Positions 21,011 to 33,628 of a DNA stretch of 63,771 nt are shown here, in pieces. Made by a program: the position numbers and the translations under genes. Source of the DNA: Fidelibacterota bacterium (GTDB lineage: Bacteria > Fidelibacterota > UBA2242). Each line of letters begins with the position of its first letter. Position 1 is the stretch's first letter. Location of the stretch: positions 1 to 63,771 of the forward strand of contig JBNGDF010000004.1 of assembly GCA_049975265.1 (NCBI GenBank), read 5' to 3'. The notes under the pieces are model-generated. The model saw only the letters and a program-made list of their open reading frames with translations, did not search any database and was not told the origin of the DNA.

Positions 21011-24000
21011 ATGAGTTTTACAAAACCCTTTAGCCAAAGCCAAGAGTTTGAGAGTATTACCATTCATCTCTCTTCTCCGGAAGCGATTTTAACCCGGTCT
21101 CACGGTGAAGTATTAAAACCGGAGACCATTAACTATCGCTCTTACAAACCGGAGAAAGACGGACTGTTTTGTGAAAAAATATTCGGTCCTGTCAAAGATT
21201 GGGAATGCCATTGCGGTAAATACAAACGAATTCGGTACAAAGGGATTATCTGCGATCGCTGTGGTGTGGAGGTTGCCCGCAAGAAGGTTCGCCGGGAACG
21301 GATGGGGCATATTACCTTAGCCGTACCGGTGGTTCATATCTGGTTTCTGCGATCGATTCCCAGCAAATTATACTACCTGTTGGATATCCGGACGAAGAAT
21401 CTCGAAGAGATCGTCTATTATGAAAAATATGTCGTGCTGAATCAGGGTGAGTCCGATCTGCCGTACAAATCGGTCATCAGCGAGGAAGAGTATTTCGAAA
21501 ACATGCAGAAATATGGTCCAAAAACCGAGCTCTTTGATGAAGAAGAGGCTCAGAATTACTTTATTGCCAAAACCGGCGGTGAAGCGATTCGGGAATTGCT
21601 CCAGAAGGTCGATGTCGAAGTACTGGTCAAAGATTTGAAAAAAGAGCTGAAAACCAAAAAATCGGCTTCCCAAAAAACGGAAATTTTAAAGCGCTTAAAG
21701 GTTGTTAAGGCGTTTCTTCCCAGCGAAGGCAAGCCGATCAATAAACCGGAATGGATGGTGGTGACCGTGCTGCCGGTGATTCCGCCGGACCTGCGCCCGC
21801 TGGTACCGCTGGAAGGCGGTCGCTTTGCAGCGAGTGACCTGAACGATCTGTATCGGCGGGTGATTATTCGTAATAATCGTCTCAAGCAGCTGATTGAAAT
21901 CAAGGCGCCCGATGTCATTTTGCGGAACGAGAAACGGATGCTTCAGGAAGCCGTAGACTCCCTGTTTGACAACAGTCGTCGCCGGACAGAGGTACGTAGC
22001 GGAACACGGCGACCGCTGAAAAGCCTCAGCGATATGCTGAAAGGTAAAGAGGGGCGTTTCCGCCAGAATTTACTGGGCAAACGGGTCGATTACAGCGGTC
22101 GATCGGTTATTGTGGTCGGACCTGCATTGGAATTGAACCAGTGTGGACTGCCGAAGGAGATGGCAATTGAACTGTTCAAGCCGCACATCATCCATCAGCT
22201 GATTCGCCAGCGCCTGTCAAAAACGCCAAAATCCGCCAAAACCATGGTAGAGCGTAAAGACCCGGAAGTCTATAAAGTGTTGGAATATGTGGTCAAGGAC
22301 CACCCTGTTCTGCTGAATCGGGCACCGACCCTTCACCGGCTCGGGATTCAGGCATTTCAACCGGTTTTAATCAACGGCAAGGCGATTCAAATTCATCCGC
22401 TGGTCTGTGCTGCTTTCAATGCAGACTTTGACGGTGACCAGATGGCGGTTCATGTCCCGCTCTCCTTTGAAGCCCAGATGGAATGTCGGGTCATGGCACT
22501 CTCCAGTCACAACATTCTGCATCCGGCTCACGGGCATCCGATTGCGATTCCATCCCAGGATATGGTTCTGGGAGTCTATTATATTACCCGTCAAAGAGAT
22601 GGTGCCCGGGGCGAAGGTGCGATTTTTTCCTCAATTCAGGAAGCCATCATGGCATATGAGAACAATTGGGTCGATCTGCATGCCAAGGTCAAAGTGATGG
22701 TCAATGGGAAACTGATCGATACCACGCCGGGACGGGCTCTTTTCAACAGTATCCTGCCCGCGGGAACCGGTTATATTAATGAATTAATCAGTAAAAAGGC
22801 TATCGAGCGAATCGTCGGTATGTCGTTTCAGGAATCCGGTAATTATGAAGCGGTTAAATTTCTGGACCGTCTGAAAAATCTGGGATTTCAATATGCGACC
22901 CAGTCAGGCGTCTCCATCTCCGTTTCTGATGTACTGATTCCGCCGGAAAAGGATACCATTTTGCAGGAATCCTTTGCCCGGGTTGAAGATATTCAGAAAA
23001 AATTTAAAAAGGGTATTCTGACGGAAGGTGAGCGCTACAACAAGGTCATTGATAACTGGACACATACTACCAATAAGCTGTCTGAAGTCATGATTGAACA
23101 CATGGCGACAGACCGTCAGGGATTTAATCCGGTCTACATGATGGCTGATTCCGGTGCCCGGGGCAGTAGCGAGCAGATCAAACAGCTGGCTGGAATGCGT
23201 GGTTTGATGGCAAAACCCCAAAAATCCATGACCGGACAGGTGGGCGAGATTATTGAAACCCCGATTACCTCCAACTTTAAGGAAGGTTTGACCGTGTTGG
23301 AATACTTTATTTCAACTCACGGCGCCCGGAAAGGATTGGCGGATACAGCCCTGAAGACTGCCGATGCCGGTTATCTGACCCGGCGGCTCGTTGATGTTGC
23401 CCAGGATGTGGTGATTACCGAAGAGGATTGTGGAACCATTAACGGCATTGAAATCACCGCCCTGAAAAAAGAAGAAAACATTATCGAAAATCTGGCGGAT
23501 CGTATTGTCGGTCGGGTGGCTCAGGAGGATATTTTCAATCCTGATGATGAAAACGATATTATCGTCGAAGCCGGGCAGGAGATTACCGAAAAGAAGGCAT
23601 TGTATATCCAGAGTCTCGGCATCGAAAAAGTACGGATTCGCTCGGTTCTAACCTGTGAATCGCATCGCGGGGTTTGTAGTAAGTGCTACGGGCGGAATCT
23701 GGCAACCGGTAAACTGGTAAACATCGGAGAAGCCGTGGGAATTATGGCGGCTCAGTCTATCGGAGAACCGGGAACGCAGCTGACGCTGCGAACCTTTCAC
23801 TTTGGCGGGACGGCTGCCCGAATTGTGGAAGAATCAGAAACGGTAGCCAAAAGCAAGGGGCGTGTAATGTTTTCAGACAATTACCGCTTTCTCGACTATG
23901 CCAAGGATAATTATCATGTCGTTTTATCCCGGAACAGCATGCTCAGTTTGGTGGATGATAACAACCGCATCACGTCGACGTACAATATTCCCTATGGTGC

Positions 24001-25285
24001 ACATATGCTGGTCAAAGAGGGTGATAAGGTCACGATTGGGCAGACCCTGTTCCGCTGGGATATTTATATGGACCAGATTCTGGCGATGCATGCCGGTAAA
24101 GTCCGCTATGTCGATTTGATTGAGGATGTCAGCTATAGTATTGAAGCCGATGAGTCGGGTCATAAATCACTGACCGTGATCGAAGCAAAAGACCGGAACA
24201 TCCAGCCCCGCATTGATATTGTTGCTAATGAAGATGGTAATGAGGTTGTGCATTCCGGATTTGTTTTACCGGTGCGCGCGATGTTGGTTGTTAAACCGGG
24301 TGATGATGTGGTAGCCGGTGATGTTTTGGCGAAGATTCCCAAAGAGATGGGCAAAACCAGCGATATTACCGGCGGTTTACCCCGGGTGGCGGAGCTGTTT
24401 GAAGCCCGCAAACCGAGTGATCCGGCGGTGATAACAGAGATTGACGGGAAAGTCAGTTTCGGCAAGACTGAAAAAGGCATCCGGGAGATCATTGTGACCA
24501 GCCCGAACGGTATGCAGAAAAAGTACAAGATGCCCTATGGACGCTACGTGCTGGTAAATCAGGGTGATGAGGTCAAAGCAGGTGATCGCCTCTGTGAAGG
24601 TCCGGTGGCGCCTCAGGATATTCTGGCTGTTCAGGATCCGCGCAAGGTCCAGGAATATCTGGTCAATGAAATTCAAGAGGTCTACCGCCTGCAGGGAGTC
24701 CGCATCAATGACAAGCACATCGAAGTAATTGTACGTCAGATGATGCAGAAAATACGGATTGAGGACCCCGGCGATACGGAGCTGCTCGAAAAGGACCGGG
24801 TCAACCGGCATGAGTTGATAGAGGAAAACGAGCGGATCAAGAATTATGTCGTGATCACCAATGTCGGCGATTCCGATTGGGACATCGATGAGGTGGTTTC
24901 CAAAAAAGAGTTTGCCAAATTCAACCGTCTGCTCAAAGAAGAGGGGCGCAATCCGGCAAAGGCGCGTCCTGCGAGACCGGCTCAGTTCACAGAGATGCTG
25001 TTGGGTATTACCAGAGCCTCGCTGAATACCGAATCTTTCCTGTCTGCCGCTTCCTTTCAGGAGACCACCCGCGTGTTGACCGATGCGGCGGTTGCCGGCA
25101 AAGTGGATTATCTGCGCGGATTGAAGGAGAATATCCTGATGGGACACCTGATACCGGCTGGTACGGGACTTCGCAAGTACCGGGACATCATCGTTCTTGA
25201 ACCGGAAGAGGAGCTGCAGGAGTGGGACGCGATCCGGGAACGGGAGCGTTCGCAGGAGGATGAGCTTGCGGCATTGCAAAAATGA
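21011..25285 (+). CDS. rpoC: RNA polymerase beta' subunit
   Basis: N-terminal Zn finger, NADFDGDQM catalytic motif, SAASFQET. Confidence 0.99.
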   Translation: MSFTKPFSQSQEFESITIHLSSPEAILTRSHGEVLKPETINYRSYKPEKDGLFCEKIFGPVKDWECHCGKYKRIRYKGIICDRCGVEVARKKVRRERMGHITLAVPVVHIWFLRSIPSKLYYLLDIRTKNLEEIVYYEKYVVLNQGESDLPYKSVISEEEYFENMQKYGPKTELFDEEEAQNYFIAKTGGEAIRELLQKVDVEVLVKDLKKELKTKKSASQKTEILKRLKVVKAFLPSEGKPINKPEWMVVTVLPVIPPDLRPLVPLEGGRFAASDLNDLYRRVIIRNNRLKQLIEIKAPDVILRNEKRMLQEAVDSLFDNSRRRTEVRSGTRRPLKSLSDMLKGKEGRFRQNLLGKRVDYSGRSVIVVGPALELNQCGLPKEMAIELFKPHIIHQLIRQRLSKTPKSAKTMVERKDPEVYKVLEYVVKDHPVLLNRAPTLHRLGIQAFQPVLINGKAIQIHPLVCAAFNADFDGDQMAVHVPLSFEAQMECRVMALSSHNILHPAHGHPIAIPSQDMVLGVYYITRQRDGARGEGAIFSSIQEAIMAYENNWVDLHAKVKVMVNGKLIDTTPGRALFNSILPAGTGYINELISKKAIERIVGMSFQESGNYEAVKFLDRLKNLGFQYATQSGVSISVSDVLIPPEKDTILQESFARVEDIQKKFKKGILTEGERYNKVIDNWTHTTNKLSEVMIEHMATDRQGFNPVYMMADSGARGSSEQIKQLAGMRGLMAKPQKSMTGQVGEIIETPITSNFKEGLTVLEYFISTHGARKGLADTALKTADAGYLTRRLVDVAQDVVITEEDCGTINGIEITALKKEENIIENLADRIVGRVAQEDIFNPDDENDIIVEAGQEITEKKALYIQSLGIEKVRIRSVLTCESHRGVCSKCYGRNLATGKLVNIGEAVGIMAAQSIGEPGTQLTLRTFHFGGTAARIVEESETVAKSKGRVMFSDNYRFLDYAKDNYHVVLSRNSMLSLVDDNNRITSTYNIPYGAHMLVKEGDKVTIGQTLFRWDIYMDQILAMHAGKVRYVDLIEDVSYSIEADESGHKSLTVIEAKDRNIQPRIDIVANEDGNEVVHSGFVLPVRAMLVVKPGDDVVAGDVLAKIPKEMGKTSDITGGLPRVAELFEARKPSDPAVITEIDGKVSFGKTEKGIREIIVTSPNGMQKKYKMPYGRYVLVNQGDEVKAGDRLCEGPVAPQDILAVQDPRKVQEYLVNEIQEVYRLQGVRINDKHIEVIVRQMMQKIRIEDPGDTELLEKDRVNRHELIEENERIKNYVVITNVGDSDWDIDEVVSKKEFAKFNRLLKEEGRNPAKARPARPAQFTEMLLGITRASLNTESFLSAASFQETTRVLTDAAVAGKVDYLRGLKENILMGHLIPAGTGLRKYRDIIVLEPEEELQEWDAIRERERSQEDELAALQK

Positions 25286-25314
25286 AATTCAGGATCGATG
25301 CACGATAAAATGTA

Positions 25315-25343
25315 TTGCTTAAAAAAATAAGAAATTGTATTTT
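25315..25343 (+). promoter_or_regulatory. Possible internal sigma70 promoter for the str cluster
   Basis: TTGCTT-17 bp-TATTTT in the AT-rich rpoC-rpsL gap. Confidence 0.4.
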
Positions 25344-25368
25344 TACAGGCTTTTATAATGGAGAAAAT

Positions 25369-25740
25369 ATGCCAACAATCAACCAGTTAGTCCGAAAGGG
25401 CAGGAAGACTGTCAGTAAGAAAGAGAAAGCACCCGCTTTGCGCGGCTGCCCCCAGAAAAGAGGGGTCTGTACCCGTGTGTACACCACCACACCCAAGAAG
25501 CCGAATTCGGCGCTGCGCAAGGTCGCCCGTGTCCGTCTGGTCAATGGTAAAGAGGTCAACGCCTACATACCGGGTGAGGGACACAATCTTCAGGAACACT
25601 CACTGGTGTTGGTAGAAGGTGGCAGGGTCAAGGATTTGCCCGGAGTTCGTTATCACATCATTCGGGGGACCCTGGACACCAGCGGAGTCACCGACAGAAA
25701 AAACAGTCGCTCCAGATATGGTACAAAACGACCGTCATAG
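25369..25740 (+). CDS. rpsL: 30S ribosomal protein S12
   Basis: [34 protein letters not shown] 25369 follows GGAG. Confidence 0.99.
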   Translation: MPTINQLVRKGRKTVSKKEKAPALRGCPQKRGVCTRVYTTTPKKPNSALRKVARVRLVNGKEVNAYIPGEGHNLQEHSLVLVEGGRVKDLPGVRYHIIRGTLDTSGVTDRKNSRSRYGTKRPS

Positions 25741-25755
25741 CAGGGAGTCATCGGA

Positions 25756-26223
25756 ATGTCACGCAGAAAAAAAATAGTTGCCCGCGAAATAATGCCCGAT
25801 CCCAGATACGGTGATACCGAGGCAGCCAGATTTATCAGTTATGTCTTACGGGAAGGAAAACGATCGGTTGCGGAGCAGATCTTTTACGATGCCATGGAGA
25901 TTATCCAGGCGAAACGGAAAGCCAAGGGATTGGAAGTATTCCGGAAAGCCATGCACAATGTTGCTCCGATTATGGAAGTCAAATCGAGAAGAATTGGTGG
26001 TGCTACTTATCAGGTGCCGATCGAAGTGAAGCCTAAGCGGAAATTTGCCCTGGCGTCACGCTGGATTATAAATTTTGCCAAATCTCGGCCGGGAAAATCC
26101 ATGGCGGAGAAGCTGGCGGCGGAACTGATGGCGGCTGCCGACGGTGAAGGTGCCGCGATTAAAAAACGCGATGATACCCACCGCATGGCAGAAGCCAATA
26201 AAGCCTTTGCCCATTTCAGATAA
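25756..26223 (+). CDS. rpsG: 30S ribosomal protein S7
   Basis: [26 protein letters not shown]. Confidence 0.98.
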   Translation: MSRRKKIVAREIMPDPRYGDTEAARFISYVLREGKRSVAEQIFYDAMEIIQAKRKAKGLEVFRKAMHNVAPIMEVKSRRIGGATYQVPIEVKPKRKFALASRWIINFAKSRPGKSMAEKLAAELMAAADGEGAAIKKRDDTHRMAEANKAFAHFR

Positions 26224-26234
26224 GAAAGGAATTC

Positions 26235-28334
26235 GTGGCGAAAGAATCACTCCATAAGGTTCGTAATATTGGTATCATGGCACACATCGATGCCGGTAAG
26301 ACCACTACGACCGAACGGATTCTTTTTTACACCGGACGACTCCATAAGATGGGTGAGGTCCATGAGGGTTCTGCAACCATGGACTGGATGGAGCAGGAGA
26401 AGGAGCGCGGAATTACGATTACTTCGGCAGCAACCACCTGCTACTGGGCGCAGCATCGGATCAATATTATTGATACTCCCGGGCATGTCGACTTTACGGC
26501 GGAGGTAGAGCGTTCGTTGCGTGTTCTGGACGGGGCGATTGCCATTTTTTGCGGTGTCGGCGGTGTCGAACCGCAGAGTGAAACGGTTTGGCGTCAAGCC
26601 GATAAGTATCACATTCCCCGCATCGCTTTTGTGAATAAAATGGATCGAGCCGGTGCGGATTTTTTTAATGTGCTCCAAATGATGCGCAAGCGCCTGAAAA
26701 CCAATCCTGTTGCCCTCTGTATGCCCATCGGTTCCGGGGAAATGTTTACAGGCATTATTGATTTAATCCAGTTTAAAAGTATCATTTATGACAACAGTGC
26801 GCTGGGTGCTAAATACTATCTCGGTGACGTTCCTGACGATCTCAAAGAATTGGCTCGGGAATACCGGGAAAAACTTCTGGAGGAAGCCGCCAATTATGAT
26901 GATACCCTATGTGCCAAATATTTAAATGGTGACGTCATTGTTCCCGAAGAAATTCTAAACGCTCTGCGCACCGGTACGTTGGAGAATAAAATTGTACCGG
27001 TCCTGTGCGGATCCGCTTTTAAAAATAAGGGAGTTCAACCGCTTCTGGATGCGGTGGTGCATTTCCTGCCCTCGCCCTTTGATACTCCTCCTGTTCATGG
27101 CATCAATCTGAAAGGAACACCGGTGGAGCGAAAAGCCGATCCGGATGGAGCCACGGCGGCATTGATTTTTAAAATTATGACCGATATCCATATGGGGCGC
27201 CTGAGTTTTGTCAGGGTATATTCCGGCTCTATCAGAAAAGGCGCAATGGTTTATAATTCCACCGTGGATAAGAAGGAGCGGGTGCACCGAATCCTTCTCA
27301 TGCACGCCAATAAGCGCGAAGACCGGGATGAATTAGCCTGCGGAGAGATTGGCGCGCTGGTGGGTTTAAAATATAGTTTTACGGGACATACCCTCTGCGA
27401 TTCCAAAAATCCTATTATTCTGGAATCTATGGAATTCCCTGAATCGGTTATTTCCATTACCATTGAACCCAAAAGCAAAGCCGATTCGGATAATCTGAAA
27501 AACGCCCTTGAAAAATTATCCTACGAGGATCCAACCTTTCGTATCAGTGAAGATGAGGAGACGGGTCAGATCATTATTTCAGGGATGGGCGAGTTGCATC
27601 TGGAAATTTTGTGCGATCGCCTGCTCAGAGAATACAAAATTCAGGCGCATATCGGCAAACCGCAGGTCTCCTATCGTGAATCGATAGAGGTCGATGCTGA
27701 AGGTAAAGCCGTATTTCATCGTCAAACCGGTAGTAAAACCCAGTTTGCAGCGGTTAAACTGCGGGTCAGTCACGACGACACCGCTGAGCATGGGATTATC
27801 ATAAAGAATGAGATTCCGGTCACATCGGTACCGCGGGAATTTTTTCCGGCGGTTGAGCGCGGTATCCAGAACAGTGCCAAAAGCGGCATTGTAGCCGGCT
27901 ATGCCCTGCACAAGGTCCGCGTTACGCTGGTTGATGGAGAATACCGGGAGAATGAGAGTACAGAGCTGGCGTATGAAGTTGCAGCGGCGCAGGCATTGCA
28001 CGATGCCTTATTGAAAGGTCGACCGGCAATTTTGGAACCGATTATGGCGCTGGAGGTATCGGTGCCCGATGCCTATCTCGGTGATGTGATAAATGATTTA
28101 AACTCGCGACGTGCAAACATCGTCAGTATGGATAAACGTGGCGATATTAATATTGTTGATGCCATGATTCCGCTACGAGAATCATTTGGTTATGCAACAG
28201 ATTTACGATCTATTAGTCAGGGCAGAGCAGTTTTTTCCATGCAATTTTCCAGTTATCAAGTCTGTGATAGAAAAGTCCAGCGGGAAATTGTGGAAAAAAC
28301 AAGGGGCTTTATCCCTGAATTTTTACAAAACTAA
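26235..28334 (+). CDS. fusA: Elongation factor G (divergent domain IV)
   Basis: [31 protein letters not shown]. Domain IV loops are non-canonical (see findings). Confidence 0.97.
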   Translation: MAKESLHKVRNIGIMAHIDAGKTTTTERILFYTGRLHKMGEVHEGSATMDWMEQEKERGITITSAATTCYWAQHRINIIDTPGHVDFTAEVERSLRVLDGAIAIFCGVGGVEPQSETVWRQADKYHIPRIAFVNKMDRAGADFFNVLQMMRKRLKTNPVALCMPIGSGEMFTGIIDLIQFKSIIYDNSALGAKYYLGDVPDDLKELAREYREKLLEEAANYDDTLCAKYLNGDVIVPEEILNALRTGTLENKIVPVLCGSAFKNKGVQPLLDAVVHFLPSPFDTPPVHGINLKGTPVERKADPDGATAALIFKIMTDIHMGRLSFVRVYSGSIRKGAMVYNSTVDKKERVHRILLMHANKREDRDELACGEIGALVGLKYSFTGHTLCDSKNPIILESMEFPESVISITIEPKSKADSDNLKNALEKLSYEDPTFRISEDEETGQIIISGMGELHLEILCDRLLREYKIQAHIGKPQVSYRESIEVDAEGKAVFHRQTGSKTQFAAVKLRVSHDDTAEHGIIIKNEIPVTSVPREFFPAVERGIQNSAKSGIVAGYALHKVRVTLVDGEYRENESTELAYEVAAAQALHDALLKGRPAILEPIMALEVSVPDAYLGDVINDLNSRRANIVSMDKRGDINIVDAMIPLRESFGYATDLRSISQGRAVFSMQFSSYQVCDRKVQREIVEKTRGFIPEFLQN

Positions 28335-28345
28335 AGGAGAATCTA

Positions 28346-29536
28346 ATGTCAAAGGAACAATTTAAGCGTACGAAGCCCCATGTGAATGTTGGTACGATTG
28401 GACATGTGGATCATGGGAAGACGACATTAACTGCGGCGATGACACTGATATTGAATGCACAGGGATTGGCGCAGGCGCGGACATTTGACAGTATTGACAA
28501 TGCTCCGGAGGAGCGTGAGCGAGGGATCACGATCAACACGGCGCATGTGGAATATGAATCGAAGAAGCGACATTATGCGCATGTGGACTGTCCGGGTCAT
28601 GCGGATTACATCAAGAACATGATCACGGGTGCGGCACAGATGGATGGAGCGATATTGGTGGTGAGTGCATTTGACGGACCGATGCCGCAGACGCGGGAGC
28701 ATGTATTATTGGCTCGTCAGGTGAACGTACCGTCGATAGTTGTTTTTTTGAACAAGACTGATATGGTAGATGATCCGGAGTTATTGGAGTTGGTAGAGAT
28801 GGAGTTGCGGGATTTGCTGAGCAGTTACAACTATCCTGGTGATGAGATTCCGATCATCAAGGGCAGTGCTCTGGAGGCGTTGAATCACCCGGATGATCCG
28901 GAGAAGACGAAATGTATCAGTGAATTGATTGATGCGATTGATGATTATATCCCGACGCCGGAGCGTGATATTGACAAGCCGTTTTTAATGCCGATAGAGG
29001 ATGTCTTTTCGATCACGGGTCGGGGGACGGTTGGAACGGGTCGGATAGAGCGCGGCGTGATCAAGGTTGGCGAAGAGGTAGAGTTGATAGGAATGGGTGG
29101 TCACAAGAAGACGGTGGTGACCGGAGTAGAGATGTTTCGGAAGATACTGGATCGCGGTGAAGCGGGAGACAATGCGGGTCTGCTGTTGCGAGGTATTGAC
29201 AAGGAATGGCTGCAGCGCGGGATGGTCGCGGCGAAGCCGGGCAGCATCACTCCGCATACGAAGTTCAAGGGTGAAGTATACGTATTGAAGAAGGAAGAGG
29301 GTGGACGACACACGCCGTTTTTCAAGGGTTATCGTCCGCAGTTTTACTTTCGGACGACGGACGTGACGGGTGTTGTGGAATTGCCGGAAGGCGTCGATAT
29401 GGTGATGCCGGGAGACAAGGTCACGTTAACGGTGGAGTTGATCACGCCGATAGCGATGGAGAAGGAGTTGCGTTTTGCGATTCGTGAAGGTGGTCGTACG
29501 GTCGGTGCCGGCGTCGTAACGGAAATCTTGGAGTAA
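28346..29536 (+). CDS. tuf: Elongation factor Tu (copy 2)
   Basis: Protein identical to copy 1. Confidence 0.99.
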   Translation: MSKEQFKRTKPHVNVGTIGHVDHGKTTLTAAMTLILNAQGLAQARTFDSIDNAPEERERGITINTAHVEYESKKRHYAHVDCPGHADYIKNMITGAAQMDGAILVVSAFDGPMPQTREHVLLARQVNVPSIVVFLNKTDMVDDPELLELVEMELRDLLSSYNYPGDEIPIIKGSALEALNHPDDPEKTKCISELIDAIDDYIPTPERDIDKPFLMPIEDVFSITGRGTVGTGRIERGVIKVGEEVELIGMGGHKKTVVTGVEMFRKILDRGEAGDNAGLLLRGIDKEWLQRGMVAAKPGSITPHTKFKGEVYVLKKEEGGRHTPFFKGYRPQFYFRTTDVTGVVELPEGVDMVMPGDKVTLTVELITPIAMEKELRFAIREGGRTVGAGVVTEILE

Positions 29537-29546
29537 GGAGTAACCT

Positions 29547-29855
29547 GTGCCTGGACAAAGAATCAGAATCAGTCTCAAAGCCTATGACCACAATCTTCTG
29601 GATAAAAGTACCAAGAAGATTGTTGCCACGGCGAAATCCACCGGTGCGGTTGTTTCCGGTCCTATCCCGCTGCCGACTCAGCGAACGGTATATACGGTGC
29701 TGCGATCACCGCATGTGAATAAAAAGTCGAGGGAGCAGTTTCAGACCAAAATCCATAAGCGACTGGTGGATATTCTGAATTCCACCTCAAAGACGGTCGA
29801 TGCTCTTATGCGCTTGGACCTTCCGGCGGGTGTGGATATCGAGATAAAGGTATAA
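29547..29855 (+). CDS. rpsJ: 30S ribosomal protein S10
   Basis: [20 protein letters not shown]. Confidence 0.98.
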   Translation: MPGQRIRISLKAYDHNLLDKSTKKIVATAKSTGAVVSGPIPLPTQRTVYTVLRSPHVNKKSREQFQTKIHKRLVDILNSTSKTVDALMRLDLPAGVDIEIKV

Positions 29856-29868
29856 CGGAAGAAGACCT

Positions 29869-30495
29869 ATGCAAGGAATTATCGGAAAAAAGATCGGAAT
29901 GAGTCAGGTATTTGAACCGAACGGCGACATGCTGCCGGTAACAGTTATCGAGGCGGGTCCCTGTCAAATCGTACAAGTCAAGACCCCGGAACGGGATGGC
30001 TATTCGGCGATTCAATTGGGTTTTGATAAAAAACCCGAAAAGCGTGTGAATAAACCCCTTCTGGGTCACTTCAAAGCCGCCAACGCAGAACCATATCGCC
30101 TGCTTGCAGAGATAAGAGATTTCGAAAACGAAGATATCAAGACCGGCGATACGATCACCGTGAATATTTTTAAAGTTGGTGAAAAGGTCAAGGTAACCGG
30201 TGTGACCAAAGGCAAGGGCTTTCAGGGAGTTGTCAAACGACACAATTTTCAGGGTGGTCCTAAGACCCATGGACAGAGCGACCGGTATCGTGCACCGGGC
30301 TCCATCGGCGCATCGGCGTATCCTTCCCGTGTCATTAAAGGATTAAAAATGGCGGGTCGAATGGGTGGTAAGAGACAAACTGTACGAGGGCTCTCTGTTG
30401 TCAAAATCGACGCAGAAAACAATCTCCTTTATGTAAAAGGTGCAGTGCCCGGAGCAAGGAACAGTTATGTAACAATTCGGAGGCAGGAACAGTGA
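29869..30495 (+). CDS. rplC: 50S ribosomal protein L3
   Basis: GKKIGMSQVF, KGKGFQG, RAPGSIG. Confidence 0.98.
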   Translation: MQGIIGKKIGMSQVFEPNGDMLPVTVIEAGPCQIVQVKTPERDGYSAIQLGFDKKPEKRVNKPLLGHFKAANAEPYRLLAEIRDFENEDIKTGDTITVNIFKVGEKVKVTGVTKGKGFQGVVKRHNFQGGPKTHGQSDRYRAPGSIGASAYPSRVIKGLKMAGRMGGKRQTVRGLSVVKIDAENNLLYVKGAVPGARNSYVTIRRQEQ

Positions 30496-31130
30496 GTGTA
30501 GAATTACCGGTATATAAAATAGACGGAACAGAATCCGGAGAAAAATTAACGTTACAGAACGCCTCCTTTGAAGTCGAACCTCATGATCATGCCATCTACA
30601 TGGCGGTCAAAACCGAGATGACCAACTCCCGGCAGGGGACTCACTCCACCAAAACCCGCGCCGAAGTTCGGGGGGGTGGACGGAAACCCTGGCGTCAGAA
30701 AGGTCGCGGGGCAGCCCGGGCTGGTTCCAGACGTAGTCCCATCTGGGTTGGAGGTGGTCGCGCCTTCGGTCCGAAACCGAAGTACTATCAGATGAAAATC
30801 AATAAAAAGGTAAAATCCCTTGCCCGTCGCAGTGCTCTTGCCTATAAATATCAACAGGATGCCATTAAGGTGATCACGGATTTTAAACTGCCGGACGCCA
30901 AGGCAAAAACAGTCCGGGCAATGTTGAAAGCCCTCGATCTGGAAAACAAAAAAGTCACTCTGCTGGCGACGGATATCAGCGAAAATTTATACCTGGCTAC
31001 ACGAAATTTTTACAACATCCTGCTCGTCGAAGCGGGACGTGCTTCCACCTACGATATACTGGATTGTGATATTCTTCTCGTTGACAAAGAGGGATTGGAA
31101 ATGCTGAACAATCGGTTAACGGTCAATTAA
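30492..31130 (+). CDS. rplD: 50S ribosomal protein L4
   Basis: [27 protein letters not shown]. Confidence 0.98.
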   Translation: MSVELPVYKIDGTESGEKLTLQNASFEVEPHDHAIYMAVKTEMTNSRQGTHSTKTRAEVRGGGRKPWRQKGRGAARAGSRRSPIWVGGGRAFGPKPKYYQMKINKKVKSLARRSALAYKYQQDAIKVITDFKLPDAKAKTVRAMLKALDLENKKVTLLATDISENLYLATRNFYNILLVEAGRASTYDILDCDILLVDKEGLEMLNNRLTVN

Positions 31131-31143
31131 TAGGAAAACAGAC

Positions 31144-31467
31144 ATGTCGATAAAAAGTACCATCATCATCGAACCGATTTTAACGGAAAAGATCAATCTT
31201 CTTCAGGAAAAAGAGCGGAAATACGGGTTCAGGGTTCATCCGAAAGCCAATAAAATCGAGATCAAGCGGGCTGTGGAAGAACGTTTTGGAGTCAAAGTGG
31301 AAAAAGTGGCGACGATGAATGTGACGGGGAAAGCCAAACAGATGACCGTTCGGAGCGGCGGTCGGGTAATTCGCACCAGCGGCAAACGGTCCGACTGGAA
31401 AAAGGCGATTGTGACACTGAAAAAGGGTGAAAAAATAGATTTCTATCAAGGAGAAACCGCGGTTTAG
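31144..31467 (+). CDS. rplW: 50S ribosomal protein L23
   Basis: [28 protein letters not shown]. Confidence 0.97.
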   Translation: MSIKSTIIIEPILTEKINLLQEKERKYGFRVHPKANKIEIKRAVEERFGVKVEKVATMNVTGKAKQMTVRSGGRVIRTSGKRSDWKKAIVTLKKGEKIDFYQGETAV

Positions 31468-31471
31468 TATT

Positions 31472-32299
31472 ATGGGTATTAAGAAAATTAATCCGACAAC
31501 ACCTGGACAGCGTTTTAAATCGGTGGATTCTTTCGAGGATATCACCACCACGACACCGGAAAGAAGCCTATTGGAGCCGATGAAAAAATCCGGAGGTCGG
31601 AACAGCAACGGTCGTATCACCGCCCGGCGTCGGGGCGGCGGTCAAAAACGCGCTTACCGGATTATCGACTTCAGGCGCGACAAACATGACATTGAGGCGG
31701 TTGTCAAAACCATCGAGTATGATCCCAACCGGTCGGCACGGATTGCGTTGCTGAATTATAAAGATGGTGAAAAGCGCTACATCATTGCACCTGACGGAAT
31801 TCAGGTTGGCGATGTTATCGTAGCCGGGCAGGACGCTCCGATCAAACCGGGCAATTCACTGCCGTTAAAAAATATCCCTGCCGGTACGTTTGTTCATAAT
31901 ATTGAGCTGAAACCCAAGAAGGGCGGGCAAATTGCCCGGGGAGCCGGAACGGCGGCTCAGATCATGGCAAAAGAGGGCAGGTATGTTACCCTGAAAATGC
32001 CTTCCGGAGAGATGCGTCTGGTCCTGGGTGAATGCTATGCCACGGTCGGTGAAGTTGGCAATAAGACACATGAGAACATCAGTCTGGGAAAAGCCGGGCG
32101 GAATCGGTGGCTGGGACGGCGCCCCAAAGTGCGCGGTGTCGCCATGAATCCAATCGATCATCCCATGGGCGGCGGCGAAGGCAAAAGCTCCGGTGGTCGC
32201 CATCCTTCGACACCCTGGGGCAAACCGACCAAAGGTTACCGAACCCGCCAGAAGAACAATCCCAGCAATAAATTTATCGTAAAACGACGCAGCAAATAA
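31472..32299 (+). CDS. rplB: 50S ribosomal protein L2
   Basis: [28 protein letters not shown]. Confidence 0.99.
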   Translation: MGIKKINPTTPGQRFKSVDSFEDITTTTPERSLLEPMKKSGGRNSNGRITARRRGGGQKRAYRIIDFRRDKHDIEAVVKTIEYDPNRSARIALLNYKDGEKRYIIAPDGIQVGDVIVAGQDAPIKPGNSLPLKNIPAGTFVHNIELKPKKGGQIARGAGTAAQIMAKEGRYVTLKMPSGEMRLVLGECYATVGEVGNKTHENISLGKAGRNRWLGRRPKVRGVAMNPIDHPMGGGEGKSSGGRHPSTPWGKPTKGYRTRQKNNPSNKFIVKRRSK

Positions 32300-32315
32300 T
32301 CAGGGAGAATATTAG

Positions 32316-32588
32316 ATGACTCGATCGCTGAAAAAGGGACCCTATATCGATGCCAAACTGCTCGGAAGGATTAATGAAATGAACGCCAGCGGCAAAAAGA
32401 AGGTCATTAAAACCTGGGCTCGGCGATCTACGATTTCGCCGGAATTTGTCGGACATACCTTTGCCGTCCACAATGGGAATAAATTTATCCCGGTCTTTGT
32501 TACTGAAAATATGGTTGGTCATAAATTGGGTGAATTTGCGCACACCCGGACTTTTCGGGGACACGCCGGTTCAGATAAAAAAAAGTAA
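32316..32588 (+). CDS. rpsS: 30S ribosomal protein S19
   Basis: [17 protein letters not shown]. Confidence 0.98.
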   Translation: MTRSLKKGPYIDAKLLGRINEMNASGKKKVIKTWARRSTISPEFVGHTFAVHNGNKFIPVFVTENMVGHKLGEFAHTRTFRGHAGSDKKK

Positions 32589-32600
32589 GAAACAGGAATT

Positions 32601-32969
32601 ATGGAAGCGAAAGCAGTCAATAGATATGAAAGACAATCGGCCCGCAAGGTTCGCCTTTTAGCCGATATGGTACGCGGAAAAGATCTTGAGCAAGCACTGA
32701 ATGCCCTGCATTTCAGCAATAAAAAGGCATCCGTTGCGGTGGAAAAAACCATTCGCTCAGCCGTCTCGAACCTGATGAACCAGGAGGGCGGCTCCGGAAT
32801 CGAACCGGAAGACCTGTATGTCAAAACCATCTATGTCGATGAGGCTGGCATTGCCAGACGCTGGCGAGCCGGCGCCATGGGGCGGGCATCCATTATCCGC
32901 AGACGGTCCTGCCATCTGACAGTGGTTGTAGCCGAAAAAGAGAACAAGCACAAACAAAAGCAAAAATAA
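32601..32969 (+). CDS. rplV: 50S ribosomal protein L22
   Basis: SARKVRLLADMVRGK, AMGRA; gene order. Confidence 0.97.
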   Translation: MEAKAVNRYERQSARKVRLLADMVRGKDLEQALNALHFSNKKASVAVEKTIRSAVSNLMNQEGGSGIEPEDLYVKTIYVDEAGIARRWRAGAMGRASIIRRRSCHLTVVVAEKENKHKQKQK

Positions 32970-32980
32970 CTGGAGGCTTC

Positions 32981-33616
32981 TTGGGTCAAAAAACGCATCC
33001 CATTGGATTTCGAATCGGTTTTAATAAGAACTGGAGCAGCAACTGGTTTGACGAACGCAATTATACCAAAAAATTAACCGAGGATCTGAAACTGCGCCGC
33101 TATATTATGAAACGTCTGCCCAACGCCGGCGTAAGCGGAGTGGATATCCATAGGACCTCGAAAAAAATCACTATCACCATCAACACTTCCCGTCCCGGGA
33201 TTGTCATTGGACGAAAAGGCGAAGAGGTAGACCTCCTGCGTCTTGAAATTCAAAAACTAACCAATACCGATGTTCAGGTCAATGTCAATGAGATCAAGCG
33301 TCCGGAGTTGGATGCGACCCTGGTGGGTAACAATATTGCCGCCCAGATTGTCAAAAAAGTCTCCTTCCGACGCGCTATTAAGAAGGCTATTCAAGCTACC
33401 ATGCGGATGGGCGCTGAGGGTATTCGTGTTCAATGCAGCGGACGCCTCGGCGGTGCCGAAATGTCACGCACCGAAACCTATCGCGAAGGTCGGGTCCCGC
33501 TTCATACACTGCGGGCGGATATTGATTTTGCTTCGGTTACAGCCCATACCACTTACGGATGTATCGGCATCAAAGTCTGGATTTGTAACGGTGAATCATA
33601 CAATAAAATGCAATAA
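32981..33616 (+). CDS. rpsC: 30S ribosomal protein S3
   Basis: GQKTHPIGFR, RPGIVIGRKG, GRVPLHTLRADID. Confidence 0.98.
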   Translation: MGQKTHPIGFRIGFNKNWSSNWFDERNYTKKLTEDLKLRRYIMKRLPNAGVSGVDIHRTSKKITITINTSRPGIVIGRKGEEVDLLRLEIQKLTNTDVQVNVNEIKRPELDATLVGNNIAAQIVKKVSFRRAIKKAIQATMRMGAEGIRVQCSGRLGGAEMSRTETYREGRVPLHTLRADIDFASVTAHTTYGCIGIKVWICNGESYNKMQ

Positions 33617-33628
33617 GGGATTATCGCT

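Larger units (their letters stand above)
12790..29536 (+). repeat. Direct repeat of about 1.19 kb: tuf copies at 12790-13980 and 28346-29536
   Basis: Identical translations, identical shadow ORFs on the antisense strand, and no nucleotide difference noticed by eye. Both copies share upstream AAAACTAAAGGAGA and end in TAAGGA. Confidence 0.9.

Noticed and set aside
24377..25279. 300-aa antisense ORF in rpoC (likewise 19356-20246, 7053-7820, 16060-16743 and 59919-60614)
   Set aside because: These are shadow frames of well-conserved sense genes with no recognisable motifs.
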